Part shown: one piece after another, positions 1 through 9,346 of the stretch
Layout of the letters: every line of letters begins with the position of its first letter
Position numbering within the stretch: position 1 is the first letter of the stretch
Source of the DNA: Bacteroidaceae bacterium
Lineage (GTDB): Bacteria; Bacteroidota; Bacteroidia; Bacteroidales; Bacteroidaceae
Length of the DNA stretch: 64,000 nt
Reading direction: 5' to 3'
Assembly: GCA_963639545.1 (NCBI GenBank)
Contig: CAVHUZ010000001.1
Span: forward strand, 9,646 to 73,645
Notes under the pieces: generated by a model
What the model was told of the DNA's origin: nothing
Database searches by the model: none
What the model saw: the letters and a program-made list of their open reading frames with translations, nothing else
Position numbers and translations under genes: made by a program

Positions 1-1792
1 TGTCAATTACCTCGGCAAAGTTCTTATACACCACCGAGCGTTTGAGTTTGAGCGTGTTGGTCAGCTCTCCATTCTCCATAGAGAAGTGGTGAGCGAGCAG
101 TGTGAAACGCTTGATCTGTTCATAATGAGCCAGCGACTGTTGCAAGGTCTCGATGCGATCGTGCATCATCTCATGTACGATGGGGTTGGCGCAGAGTGCT
201 TCGCGAGAGCTATACTCGATGCCTTGGCGTTGTGCCCACTCCTCCAGAGTTCTGAATTCGGGTACGATCAGTGCAGAGACAAACTTGCGCTGGTCAGCGA
301 TGATAGCCACTTGGTCGATAAACTTGTCCACGAGCAGCAAGCCTTCTATCATCTGTGGGGCGATATATTTGCCGTTAGAGGTCTTGAAGAGATCTTTGAT
401 GCGCTCTTGTAGGAATATCTCTCCGTCCTTCATATAGCCCGAGTCACCTGTGTGGAAGAATCCATCTTCGTCAAAGGCGGTGGCGTTCATGGCATCGCGC
501 TTATAGTAACCTTTGGTGATGGTAGGCCCTTTGAGCAGAATCTCGTTGTTCTCACCAAACTTGATTTCGATGTTCTTGATAGGATAACCGATTGAGCCTA
601 TAGAGAACGGGCGCTTCTTACGCACACATGATACGGTGGCAAGGCTCTCCGTCAGACCGTATCCCACGATCATCAAGACCCCGATAGACAAGGTAAACTC
701 CTCTACGGCAGGTGAAACATAAGCTCCGGCGGTAGGGAAGAAGTTGGCATTCTCCAGTCCGATCTCCTTGCGGATGAGGCTCAGCACGGTGCGATTGAGC
801 ATCTGATATTCCAGTTCTAGGTGCAGAGGCACACGCTTTCCCTTGCTCAGACAACCCACGTTGCGCTTTCGTCCCACCTCGATGGCATGTTGTAACAGCT
901 TGCGTTTCATAGGTGAGAGGCTGTCCATCTTCTGCTTTACAGCCACAAACACCTTCTCCCAGAACCTCGGTACGGCGCACATACACGTAGGATGTGTCTC
1001 GCGCATGCTCTGCTGAATCTCTTTGGGGTAAGTGTTGATAATCAGCTCAGCACCTTCAGAGAGAGCTAGATAGGACCATCCGCGCTCAAAGATGTGCGTA
1101 TAAGGAAGGAAGTTGATGATGCGATCCTCTTCCGTCAGTCGTGCGCAGTCGTCGTTAGCGTCCAGCGCCGCCTTATATTGGCTATACGTCAGCATCACGC
1201 CCTTGCTCTCGCCGGTTGTTCCACTGGTGTATAAGATGTTACAGATATCGTCCCACTTTGCGTTGGCCCAAAGGTTTTCTACCTCTATCTGACGTGGTAA
1301 GCCCTCGCCAAGCTTGAGAAAATCCTCAAAGTAGAGCGTGTTAGGGTCATGCGATGAGATTCGTACGCTAGGGTCAAACACGATGATTCGCTCCAGTGTA
1401 GGGCAGAGAGAGAAAATCCTATGAGCCTTGTCATACTGCTCTTGTTCGCCCACGAAGATCAGACGGATGCCCGCGTCGTGGATGATATATTGTATCTGTT
1501 GCTCCGAACTGGTGGCGTAGAAGGGGATGCTAATGATTCGATCGCCGTAAGCGCCAAAGTCGGTGTATAGGTATTGGATGCAGTTTTGTGCAAAGACGCC
1601 TATCGTTTCTTGTGGCTTGATGCCAAGGTTGAGCAATGCGTTGGACACTTGTTTGACGCGTGTGGAAAACTGATTCCATGACACACTCTTCCATTTCAAG
1701 CTGCCAAAGCTACGAAAGGTGAGAGCGGTCTTAGCTCCATATTTTTTTGCTTGTTCGTGTATGAGAACAGAAAGATGACTGTTAGTCTGCAT
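1..1792 (-). CDS. Long-chain fatty acid-CoA ligase (AMP-binding), 3' end runs off the window
   Basis: Manual minus-strand translation from ATG at 1792: MQTNSHLSVLIHEQAKKYG...; AMP-binding motifs ILYTSGTTGESKGVML, GYGLTE and FHTGDSG; absent from ORF track because no stop lies in the window. Confidence 0.9.
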   Translation of the reverse strand, partial: MQTNSHLSVLIHEQAKKYGAKTALTFRSFGSLKWKSVSWNQFSTRVKQVSNALLNLGIKPQETIGVFAQNCIQYLYTDFGAYGDRIISIPFYATSSEQQIQYIIHDAGIRLIFVGEQEQYDKAHRIFSLCPTLERIIVFDPSVRISSHDPNTLYFEDFLKLGEGLPRQIEVENLWANAKWDDICNILYTSGTTGESKGVMLTYSQYKAALDANDDCARLTEEDRIINFLPYTHIFERGWSYLALSEGAELIINTYPKEIQQSMRETHPTCMCAVPRFWEKVFVAVKQKMDSLSPMKRKLLQHAIEVGRKRNVGCLSKGKRVPLHLELEYQMLNRTVLSLIRKEIGLENANFFPTAGAYVSPAVEEFTLSIGVLMIVGYGLTESLATVSCVRKKRPFSIGSIGYPIKNIEIKFGENNEILLKGPTITKGYYKRDAMNATAFDEDGFFHTGDSGYMKDGEIFLQERIKDLFKTSNGKYIAPQMIEGLLLVDKFIDQVAIIADQRKFVSALIVPEFRTLEEWAQRQGIEYSSREALCANPIVHEMMHDRIETLQQSLAHYEQIKRFTLLAHHFSMENGELTNTLKLKRSVVYKNFAEVID

Positions 1793-1815
1793 TCGGCTTC
1801 ATTTTTTGTTATGTG

Positions 1816-1823
1816 CAAATATA
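1816..1823 (-). promoter_or_regulatory. Bacteroidetes -7 promoter box (TATATTTG) for the acyl-CoA ligase
   Basis: Matches TAnnTTTG about 24 bp upstream of the ATG. Confidence 0.6.
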
Positions 1824-1885
1824 GCAAATTAATTACGAACGACATTCGCTGGACTGACATTTTTTTTGTCACTTCAGGCTTTATA

Positions 1886-2078
1886 GGCATGTTCTATAAA
1901 TTCCACGCACTATTATTTTCGTCTTTAGATGGATGGTTCTTTGTGTCTTTTTGCTTTTGTCCGGCATCTTTTTCCTTCCTTCCTCAGACGCAAATCCCGC
2001 TATGATTCATCAGAAAGGAAGAAAAATAGGCTCGGCTAAGGTTCAAAAAACATCAAAGGATGATTTATAGAACCTGCC
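1886..2078. mobile_element. MITE/REPIN-like non-coding element, copy 1 (193 bp)
   Basis: Terminal inverted repeats GGCATGTTCTATAAAT ... ATTTATAGAACCTGCC flanked by TA; whole length aligns with the reverse complement of 7250-7507 apart from that copy's insert. Confidence 0.75.
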
Positions 2079-2131
2079 TATAAATATCCTTTGATGTCGT
2101 TTAGGATAGATGACTATTGGTCAAGAAAGTC

Positions 2132-3976
2132 CTATCTGAGCCAATCTTCGGGGTTGAGCTTGGTTGTTTCCTTACGTAGCTGGAACTGCAGCACGCCGTT
2201 AGAGCCTACCGTGCCCAAGGTCTGACCAGTACCTACCTGTTGTCCTTGATGCACACTGACGGTGTGTAGGTTAGCATATACGGTGATATACGATCCGTGA
2301 CGCACCATCACTACGGTTGTCCCACCGTAGCTGAACACGCTGCTCACCTCACCCTTGAACACACAACGTACGGCTTGTCCTGCCGAACCCTTGATGTTGA
2401 TACCCGAGTTGTTGAGTTGCACGCCCTTCAGACCTTCCACATTGTAGTTGCCAAAGTGGCTCACCACACGTCCGCTGAGCGGCATAGGCAGACGACCCTT
2501 GGCGTTGGCGAAACTTCCAGATGCGGCTTTGTCCGCCGAACTCAGTTGCTCGCGTGAAGCTTCAGCGGCTTTCTGCTCGGCAGCCACCTCACGTTCGGCA
2601 CGTTCTTTCTCAGCTTTAGCCTTACGCTCAGCAGCCTCACGATTGGCTTGCGCCTCGCGTGCGGCTTGCTCGGCACGTTCCTTTCGCTGTGCGGCCTCGC
2701 GTGCGCGTTTCTCGGCGGCCTCTCTATCAGCGGCAGCTTTGGCAGCGCGTGCTTCAGCGGCAGCACGCTGACGTTCCTGTTCAGCGGCTTTGGCTTCAGC
2801 GGCAGCCTTTGCCTTTGCCTCCGCCTCACGCTTCTTAGCCTCGGCGATACGACGGGCGTTCTCACGAGCGGCAGCTTCGGCTGCCGCTTTTTTCTTTGCT
2901 AGTGCGGCAGCGCGAGCCTTGGCTTCGGCGGCACGTGCAGCAGCTTTGGCTTTGGCTTCAGCGGCGGCACGCTCCCTGGCCTTTTGTATCTCAATGGCGA
3001 TGAGGTGATCGATCTGAGCGTCAAGCGCTTGTTGCTTCTTGCGGCGATCGGCTATCACACCCTGCAACACCTGCTGATCCTGTTGCAGCGAAGCCACCAC
3101 CTGTTGCTGTTCTTGCTTCTTGGTCTCGATCTGCGCTTTCTCCACGCGACCCTTATATAATAAGGTGTTCTTGTCAGAGCGCGTCTGCTTGAGCTGCTGG
3201 TTCTTTGTATCCACCTGTCGTTGTTTCTCCATGAGGAGCTCACCTTGTGCGCGTTGGTAAGCGGCATACTCTCTTACAAAGCGCAGACGACGATACATCT
3301 GTGTGAGATTGCTAGCTGAGAAGATAAACATCAGTTTGTCCTGGATGCTGCGATGGCGTGCCATGTAACGCATCGACTTGATGAAGCGGTCACGACGCTC
3401 ACCCAGTTGGGATTCGAGCGAAGCCAACTGACTTTTCAGAATGCCGATGTTGTTGTCCAGACCTTCGATGTCTGAGGAGATGTTCTCAATGCTTTTCTGA
3501 TGCTGATCGATCTCTGTGTCCAGCGTGATGATGCGCTTGAGACGATTGTCTACATCCACCTGCTTAGCTTGATATTCCTCTTCGTGCTGCTTGATCTCAG
3601 CCTTGATGCGCTGGTTCTCTTGCTGCAGCGTGGTAATCTCCTTGGTAGTTTGGTATTTAGGAGTCTTGTTCTGTTGCTTGCCACCCCTCTTCTGCTGTGC
3701 GGCTTTGCCTTGCTTGCCACCTTTCTGCTTGCCGGTAGCTTGCGTAGCGGCAGCCTTCTTGTCAGCTTGCTTTGTGTTCTGCTTCTTGGTCTCGGCTTTC
3801 TGCGTCTTCTGCTGCGCCTTGTTGTTCTTATTGGCGGTAGCCTTTTTCTTGCCTGTAGCTTTCTTAGTGGTCGTCTCCACGGCAGCTTTCTTCTGCGTGC
3901 TCTTCTTCTTTTGCTGAGCAGATAAGGTCAGCGAGCATAGGCAAGCTATAAGTAGTAAGGATATATATCGTTTCAT
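2132..3976 (-). CDS. envC: Murein hydrolase activator EnvC family (coiled coil + degenerate M23/LytM domain)
   Basis: Signal peptide, long coiled coil, C-terminal KGRLPMP..NSGINI..VMVRHG..VYANL with Zn ligands missing; conserved position after dut-TPR-DUF4292. Confidence 0.85.
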   Translation of the reverse strand: MKRYISLLLIACLCSLTLSAQQKKKSTQKKAAVETTTKKATGKKKATANKNNKAQQKTQKAETKKQNTKQADKKAAATQATGKQKGGKQGKAAQQKRGGKQQNKTPKYQTTKEITTLQQENQRIKAEIKQHEEEYQAKQVDVDNRLKRIITLDTEIDQHQKSIENISSDIEGLDNNIGILKSQLASLESQLGERRDRFIKSMRYMARHRSIQDKLMFIFSASNLTQMYRRLRFVREYAAYQRAQGELLMEKQRQVDTKNQQLKQTRSDKNTLLYKGRVEKAQIETKKQEQQQVVASLQQDQQVLQGVIADRRKKQQALDAQIDHLIAIEIQKARERAAAEAKAKAAARAAEAKARAAALAKKKAAAEAAARENARRIAEAKKREAEAKAKAAAEAKAAEQERQRAAAEARAAKAAADREAAEKRAREAAQRKERAEQAAREAQANREAAERKAKAEKERAEREVAAEQKAAEASREQLSSADKAASGSFANAKGRLPMPLSGRVVSHFGNYNVEGLKGVQLNNSGINIKGSAGQAVRCVFKGEVSSVFSYGGTTVVMVRHGSYITVYANLHTVSVHQGQQVGTGQTLGTVGSNGVLQFQLRKETTKLNPEDWLR

Positions 3977-3977
3977 G

Positions 3978-4853
3978 TTACATGCTCATTAGTTTGGAGA
4001 GCACCTCCTCGGCACTCACTTGTGTGTATCGATCGGACAGCGTGGTGCGGTTGTCCCAGTCGGCGCTACTATTGATATCATCAAGGCTGAAAGTGGCTGA
4101 AGCACCTTTGGCCTTATCCGTCAAACTGGTTTGCACGGTGACCACCTGCGTGAAGGGGTACTGCTTAGACCCGAAAGTCTTGAAGTCGCTATATTGCCAT
4201 GTGAGCGAAGATGTGCCGTGCTGACTGCTTTGGTAGCTCACCTTGGCTTGCGAGATGAGCCCCGTGGCCTTGCCTGCGGTCCACTGATAAGCCATCTGCC
4301 CATCCGTCAGACTCACGAGGGCGTTGTCACCCTGTGCATCAGCTACCTGGAAGTGGCTTAGTTGGTCCTCGCCCACCTTCTTTTCGCCCGGCATACAGAG
4401 CTGATTCCAAAAGAGCGACTGCAATGAATAGAACGTGATGCCGTTGTTCTTGAGGAAGCTCACCTCATCGTAACTTGCCTTTACATACTGCTTGTGTAGC
4501 CGATCTACCACCAACACCCCATCCGGAGTAAACTCGACGCGTCCCACTTCGGTGCGGATGATAGGTACCATCAGCTGCAGCCGAATCACGTCGTCCTTGC
4601 GCATACGTAGCTGTCCGGGTACTTTGATGGTTTTGTCGCCCTTCTTGAGCGTAAATTCCAGATTGGCCACAACGTTCTGCTGGTACAGACTCTGGTCAGT
4701 AATCTTGTGCAGCACCTTTATGTCCTGTGTGCTACCCGTGGTGGAGTGGGTGGTGATATTGGGTTCGTTGCCGTTCACTGAAGCACGGGAGGCGCTGCAT
4801 GAGAGCAAGGCAGCCGTGGCAAGAGTGAGCGTGAGGGAGTGGGTTATGTTCAT
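3978..4853 (-). CDS. DUF4292-family lipoprotein (LolB-like fold by inference)
   Basis: Lipobox LLSC; GQLRMRKDDVIRL..EVGRVEFTPD..DRLHKQYV; synteny. Confidence 0.8.
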   Translation of the reverse strand: MNITHSLTLTLATAALLSCSASRASVNGNEPNITTHSTTGSTQDIKVLHKITDQSLYQQNVVANLEFTLKKGDKTIKVPGQLRMRKDDVIRLQLMVPIIRTEVGRVEFTPDGVLVVDRLHKQYVKASYDEVSFLKNNGITFYSLQSLFWNQLCMPGEKKVGEDQLSHFQVADAQGDNALVSLTDGQMAYQWTAGKATGLISQAKVSYQSSQHGTSSLTWQYSDFKTFGSKQYPFTQVVTVQTSLTDKAKGASATFSLDDINSSADWDNRTTLSDRYTQVSAEEVLSKLMSM

Positions 4854-6610
4854 TTTTCTATGTATTTCTTAAGTTTGATCTTTTTCTGTAGCAGTGCGTT
4901 GTCAGGGTCGCTCTTGGCGGCTTGCTTCCATAGGTCAAGTGCCTTGTCGGGTTCTTGAGCCATGAAGTAGATGTCGCCGGCGTGCTCCACATATATATTG
5001 CTGAGCGTACTATCGTTCTGAATGGCTTGATCGATGTAGATCTTAGCCTCTTGGTAGCGTTTCTCGCAGAACAGAATCCATGCGTAGGTGTCTAGATACG
5101 TGCTATTGGTGGGCTCTGCTTGCACCGTCTTATAGCTCATCTGCTCAGCCTTCTTGAGATCCTTGTGATCCAAGGCGAGATAGTAAGCATAGTTGTTGAG
5201 CGTCAGTGCGTCGTCCGGACGATATTGCAAACAACTGTCGTAAGCCTCGTAAGCCTCGTCATGTTGTCCCTTATCATAAAGGATCTCGCCGATGATGCTA
5301 TACATCGTAGCGATTACCTCAGTGGGCTGGTTCTCGTGGCTGCATGCCAAACCGCTGCGTGTGGTGGCAAGGGCTTCATCGTTCAGATGGAGTTCATATT
5401 CGGCCAACCCTTTATAGAAGTAGAACGCCATCTCGTCGGGGTGCATCTCGATGGCTGGCTGGCATAGCGCTATCACGCTTTGGTGGTCCTGTTGCTGTGC
5501 CTTATAGATCACCACGCGAAGGCGTGCGCTCGAATTGTCGGGCTCAACCGCCAACGCCTGTTCTAGCACGGGGACGATATCAGCTTCCGACTTCTTATAG
5601 TAGGTCAGGCAAGCCGCCTTAAACATATAGATGTCATCGTTGGTCTGAGGGGTGGAAAGTGCCTCGTTGACAAAGCGTAGCATCGTGGTGCTATCGCTTA
5701 TCTCGCAGTAGCGGTTGTATGCCTGCTTAAGTAGCGCCTCCTTGCTCTCGATGGATGTGGCACTGCTCTGAAGCAGCAGGCTCAGCGTGCGGTCAGCCTT
5801 CAGCGTGTCACCCACGGCTAGATAGTAGTCGAGGATAGACATATTGGCTAGCTCATTGTCCGGTTCTTTCTCCAATACCTGCTGGTAGATCTTTAGCGCC
5901 TCGGCCTTCCGCTCGTTTTGCAAGAGCCAGTTGCCCATCATGATCTGATAGTTGAGGTTGCCCGGATACTTGGTGCAGAGGGCGTGGAGCTCGTCATATG
6001 ACTTGTTCTTCTTCCCCTGCATGTCATAGACCTGCATCTTGGTCAGTGTGGTCTCTTCGCTAGGGCCTTCTACCACCTCAATGCGGTTGAGCACATCAAT
6101 CATCTTGTCAAAGTTGTTCTCCGCACCATAGAGTTGCAGCAGATGATGCAACACGTCCGTCCGGCTAAGGTCAGTGGTGTAGAGACGTTCTAGGGCCGTA
6201 ATGGCTTCAGCGTCTTTCTTGTTCAAGATGTACACCTGTGCCAGGCGCTCTTGGTAGGCGCTGTTGTCGGGGTCTAGCTTTGCGGCACGCTCGATACATT
6301 CCAGCGCTTTGTCGTTCTGCCCCAGGCTATAATAGTAGGACACCAAGGCAAACCACACCTCGGGTGCATCAGGGTTGATCTCAGCTGCATGCAGATACAG
6401 ATCCATAGCTTCGGTCTGGTTCTGCATCTCCTTGATGTTGCCTTCAAAGAAGAAGTATTGGTATCGCCGAGCGTCGTTGTTGCTCAGATGGCTTGCCGTC
6501 TGCTGTGCTTGCAAGGGTGCTGTGCTGATGAGGCATAGCAACAACAAGCTGAGCCAATGAAGCCGAGCGCGAAGGCTACAACAAACTGAATAGTATATGT
6601 CTTTGTTCAC
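4850..6610 (-). CDS. Tetratricopeptide repeat protein, exported
   Basis: Many TPR helices; C-terminal LNNYAYYL..YLDTYAWIL..EHAGDIY; GTG start uncertain. Confidence 0.85.
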   Translation of the reverse strand: MNKDIYYSVCCSLRARLHWLSLLLLCLISTAPLQAQQTASHLSNNDARRYQYFFFEGNIKEMQNQTEAMDLYLHAAEINPDAPEVWFALVSYYYSLGQNDKALECIERAAKLDPDNSAYQERLAQVYILNKKDAEAITALERLYTTDLSRTDVLHHLLQLYGAENNFDKMIDVLNRIEVVEGPSEETTLTKMQVYDMQGKKNKSYDELHALCTKYPGNLNYQIMMGNWLLQNERKAEALKIYQQVLEKEPDNELANMSILDYYLAVGDTLKADRTLSLLLQSSATSIESKEALLKQAYNRYCEISDSTTMLRFVNEALSTPQTNDDIYMFKAACLTYYKKSEADIVPVLEQALAVEPDNSSARLRVVIYKAQQQDHQSVIALCQPAIEMHPDEMAFYFYKGLAEYELHLNDEALATTRSGLACSHENQPTEVIATMYSIIGEILYDKGQHDEAYEAYDSCLQYRPDDALTLNNYAYYLALDHKDLKKAEQMSYKTVQAEPTNSTYLDTYAWILFCEKRYQEAKIYIDQAIQNDSTLSNIYVEHAGDIYFMAQEPDKALDLWKQAAKSDPDNALLQKKIKLKKYIEK

Positions 6611-6701
6611 TTCTCTGTGCTTACAGCGTGTGCAGAAAAGCCACGCATCGTTTTTTTACTTCTATAATCGATATTAGAATCGGCCAAGAACAATCTTAGG
6701 A

Positions 6702-7136
6702 CTATTCCACTCCCGTGTGGCCATATCCTCCCTTACCTCTTTCGGTCTCATCGAGGGAGTCTACTGGTTCAAAGGTGGCTTGCTCATAGCGGGCAATAAC
6801 CATCTGTGCGATGCGCTCGCCATCGTTGATCGTGAAAGCCTCTGAGGACAGATTGATCAGCAATACACCTATCTCGCCACGATAGTCGGCGTCGATAGTG
6901 CCTGGCGCATTGAGCACCGTGATGCCATGCTTGTATGCCAAACCGCTGCGAGGACGTACCTGTGCTTCATAACCCTCGGGCAGAGCGATATACAGGCCGG
7001 TGGGTACGAGACAACGCTCCATAGGTTGAAGCACTATTGGATGATCTATATTGGCACGCAAATCCATTCCGGCGCTTTGGCTGGTGGCATAGGCGGGTAG
7101 CGCGTGGCGACTCTTATTGATTACGGGTATCTTCAT
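6702..7136 (-). CDS. dut: dUTP diphosphatase
   Basis: [30 protein letters not shown] and [10 protein letters not shown] motifs. Confidence 0.98.
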   Translation of the reverse strand: MKIPVINKSRHALPAYATSQSAGMDLRANIDHPIVLQPMERCLVPTGLYIALPEGYEAQVRPRSGLAYKHGITVLNAPGTIDADYRGEIGVLLINLSSEAFTINDGERIAQMVIARYEQATFEPVDSLDETERGKGGYGHTGVE

Positions 7137-7155
7137 TTCTATTATATATAAGGTG

Positions 7156-7163
7156 CAAATTTA
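7156..7163 (-). promoter_or_regulatory. -7 promoter box (TAAATTTG) for the dut operon
   Basis: TAnnTTTG 20 bp upstream of the dut ATG. Confidence 0.6.
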
Positions 7164-7226
7164 CGGATTTATAAGCAGAAACCGGAATTTATTAGGGTAA
7201 AAAGGCGCATTTAAACCAAATTTAAT

Positions 7227-7234
7227 TACTTTTG
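7227..7234 (+). promoter_or_regulatory. -7 promoter box (TACTTTTG) for dgt
   Basis: TAnnTTTG followed by CA, divergent from the dut promoter. Confidence 0.55.
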
Positions 7235-7249
7235 CAGACAAAGGATATA

Positions 7250-7507
7250 GGCGGGTTCTATAAATTACCTTTGATGGATTTTTGAATTTTAGCCGAGCAG
7301 ATTTTACTTGCTTTGGATAAGATAGGCTGCCCCTCAGCAATTGAAGCAAGCTTCATTGCGTTCGGTTTGCACTATCTTTCTGAAGGAGCATAGCGGGCTA
7401 TGCGACTAAAGAAGAAAGTGAAAGATGCCGGATAAAAACAAAAAGACACAAAGAGAAGCCTGTCTGAAATACAAATTTAATTGTGCGTGGAATTTATAGA
7501 ACACGCC
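7250..7507. mobile_element. MITE/REPIN-like element, copy 2 (258 bp, inverted relative to copy 1)
   Basis: TIRs GGCGGGTTCTATAAAT ... ATTTATAGAACACGCC flanked by TA; length equals 193 + 65-bp insert. Confidence 0.75.
7311..7375. repeat. Nested 65-bp palindromic insert inside copy 2
   Basis: Absent from copy 1; AAGATAG...CTATCTT outer stem, GCAATTGAAGC-AA-GCTTCATTGC inner stem; CTTT direct repeat at the junctions. Confidence 0.65.
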
Positions 7508-7516
7508 TATAAGAAG

Positions 7517-8854
7517 ATGAATTGGAACCAATTGATATCCAACAAACGCTTTGGGCAAGAGCAGCGCCACCCCGAGCGTTTTGACGATAGGTCAGAGTTT
7601 AAGCGTGACAGTGACCGACTGATCTATTCGGCACCCTTCCGCCGGTTGCAGAACAAGACGCAGGTGTTTCCGCTTCCCGGTTCGGTGTTTGTACACAATC
7701 GCCTCACCCACTCGCTAGAGGTGTCGTCGCTGGGCAAGTCGCTAGGCGATGACGTGATGCGTGTGTTGGTGGAGCGCCATCCCGAACTGCGTGGTACGCT
7801 CTTCGAAGAGATAGGTACCATCGTGCAAACGGCTGGCCTTGCGCATGATATGGGTAACCCGCCTTTCGGTCATAGTGGCGAGAAAGCCATTCAGAGCTTC
7901 TTCACCGAAGGGCCTGGCGCATCGCTACGCGACAAGGTGAGTGGTCGTTTCTGGGATGATATCATCCACTTTGAGGGTAACGCCAACGCCTTCCGCCTGC
8001 TTACGCATCAGTTTTGCGGACGTAGGAAAGGCGGCTTTGTGATGACCTATGCCACCCTTGCCAGCATCGTGAAGTATCCCGTGTCATCCGATCTAGCTGG
8101 CAAGCACGGCAAGTTTGGTTTCTTCGAGACCGAACGCCACACCTATCAACAGATTGCTGACGACCTCGGCATACGATGTCTCTACTCTGAGGGTAACTCC
8201 ATTCGCTATGCCCGTCATCCGTTGGCTTATCTGATGGAGGCGGCTGACGACATCTGTTATGAGATTATGGATATAGAGGATGCACATAAGCTACGCTTGC
8301 TATCATTCGAAGAGACCAGCAATCTGCTCCTCGGCTTCTTTGATGAAGATACGCGGCGGTCTATCCGCCAGCGCACTGAGGACGAGGGCGTTACGGATGA
8401 CAACGAGAAGGTGGTCTACTTCCGTGCTTGTGCCGTAGGAACACTAGAGCGCGAGTGTGTTCGTTGCTTTGTGGAGCATGAGAATGAGATACTCAATGGT
8501 ACCTTCACCGGTGCGCTCATTGACCATATCTCGCCCTCGAAGCGTGAGGCTTATCGTCGCTGCCAAGCCGCATCGCTTGAGAAGATCTATCGCTCTAAAA
8601 CCGTCTTGGATGTGGAGCTGTCGGGATATAAGATTATGGAAACGCTCATGGAGGCACTTGTCGGAGCCGCCGTTGAGCCGCAGAAGTTTCATAGTCAGCA
8701 ACTCATACGCCGCTTCTCTAGCCAGTATGACATCTCTAGCCCCAACCTCGAGACCCGCATCATGGCTGTGATCGACTATATCTCGGGCATGACGGATATC
8801 TATGCCCTTGACATATACCAGAAAATAAATGGTATCAGCTTACCTATCGTCTGA
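7517..8854 (+). CDS. dgt: dGTP triphosphohydrolase (HD domain)
   Basis: RRLQNKTQVFP, HNRLTHSLEV, AHDMGNPPFGHSGE, FEGNAN, EAADDICY, DYISGMTD; start set at MNWNQL. Confidence 0.96.
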   Translation: MNWNQLISNKRFGQEQRHPERFDDRSEFKRDSDRLIYSAPFRRLQNKTQVFPLPGSVFVHNRLTHSLEVSSLGKSLGDDVMRVLVERHPELRGTLFEEIGTIVQTAGLAHDMGNPPFGHSGEKAIQSFFTEGPGASLRDKVSGRFWDDIIHFEGNANAFRLLTHQFCGRRKGGFVMTYATLASIVKYPVSSDLAGKHGKFGFFETERHTYQQIADDLGIRCLYSEGNSIRYARHPLAYLMEAADDICYEIMDIEDAHKLRLLSFEETSNLLLGFFDEDTRRSIRQRTEDEGVTDDNEKVVYFRACAVGTLERECVRCFVEHENEILNGTFTGALIDHISPSKREAYRRCQAASLEKIYRSKTVLDVELSGYKIMETLMEALVGAAVEPQKFHSQQLIRRFSSQYDISSPNLETRIMAVIDYISGMTDIYALDIYQKINGISLPIV

Positions 8855-8877
8855 TGGCGGGGGCTTGGAAGAAGAAT

Positions 8878-8967
8878 AAAATAAATTGATTTTCGGAAAG
8901 ATTTAATTTAATTTTTACTGAAAATCAATTTATTTTTTGTTCCCATAGCGCCTCTTTCGGAAGATGA
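8878..8967. repeat. Dispersed AT-rich triple-box repeat, copy A
   Basis: AAAATAAATTGATTTT-type boxes; gapless 69/90 match (hand count) to the reverse complement of 46594-46683; boxes 1 and 3 form a perfect inverted pair. Confidence 0.7.
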
Positions 8968-9338
8968 CGGACGACGTCCAAGGTAGTCAAACCATTCGTT
9001 CAGAAAGACGTTGGGAATGGTGCAATTCTGCAAGGTATGTCAAGATAGGGTAAAAGAGCGTGTCAAGAAAAGACAACTCAAAGGTAGGTTAAGTATTAGA
9101 AAGGGCTTGCAGAATGTTAAATTTGACCTCAAATACCGACCATCTATCTCCTATCTTCTATGTTAAATAGCCTTTCATCTAATCTCTTTGGCTTATTATA
9201 GCACTCGCAAATCTTATTTTGACTTGACGCAGGTCAACCGTTTCGGTAAATCAAAGGTTTTTAACCGAAAGTCGATAACGTGCTAAAATAGTATTAAATG
9301 CTACCAAAAAAGTATTGTGTAAATTGTTTAAATTAAGT

Positions 9339-9346
9339 TATCTTTG
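9339..9346 (+). promoter_or_regulatory. -7 promoter box (TATCTTTG) for susC
   Basis: TAnnTTTG followed by CA, about 215 bp upstream of the ATG. Confidence 0.55.

Noticed and set aside
86..2005. Short ORFs in the track at 86-986, 1696-1890 and 1751-2005
   Set aside because: They overlap the real minus-strand acyl-CoA ligase or the MITE and show no family motifs
2297..3925. Antisense ORFs over envC, and the many similar ORFs opposite other long genes
   Set aside because: Shadow ORFs caused by codon bias and low-complexity coding sequence
2079..7249. Invertible segment or composite transposon bounded by the two inverted element copies
   Set aside because: The repeats are diverged, no recombinase is present, and dgt/dut-TPR-DUF4292-envC is in its usual order
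7481..7516. N-terminal extension of dgt; similar extensions at 23723, 24024, 37838, 38438, 46816 and 59727
   Set aside because: They run through repeats, promoter boxes, terminators or upstream genes; downstream ATGs give proper N-termini
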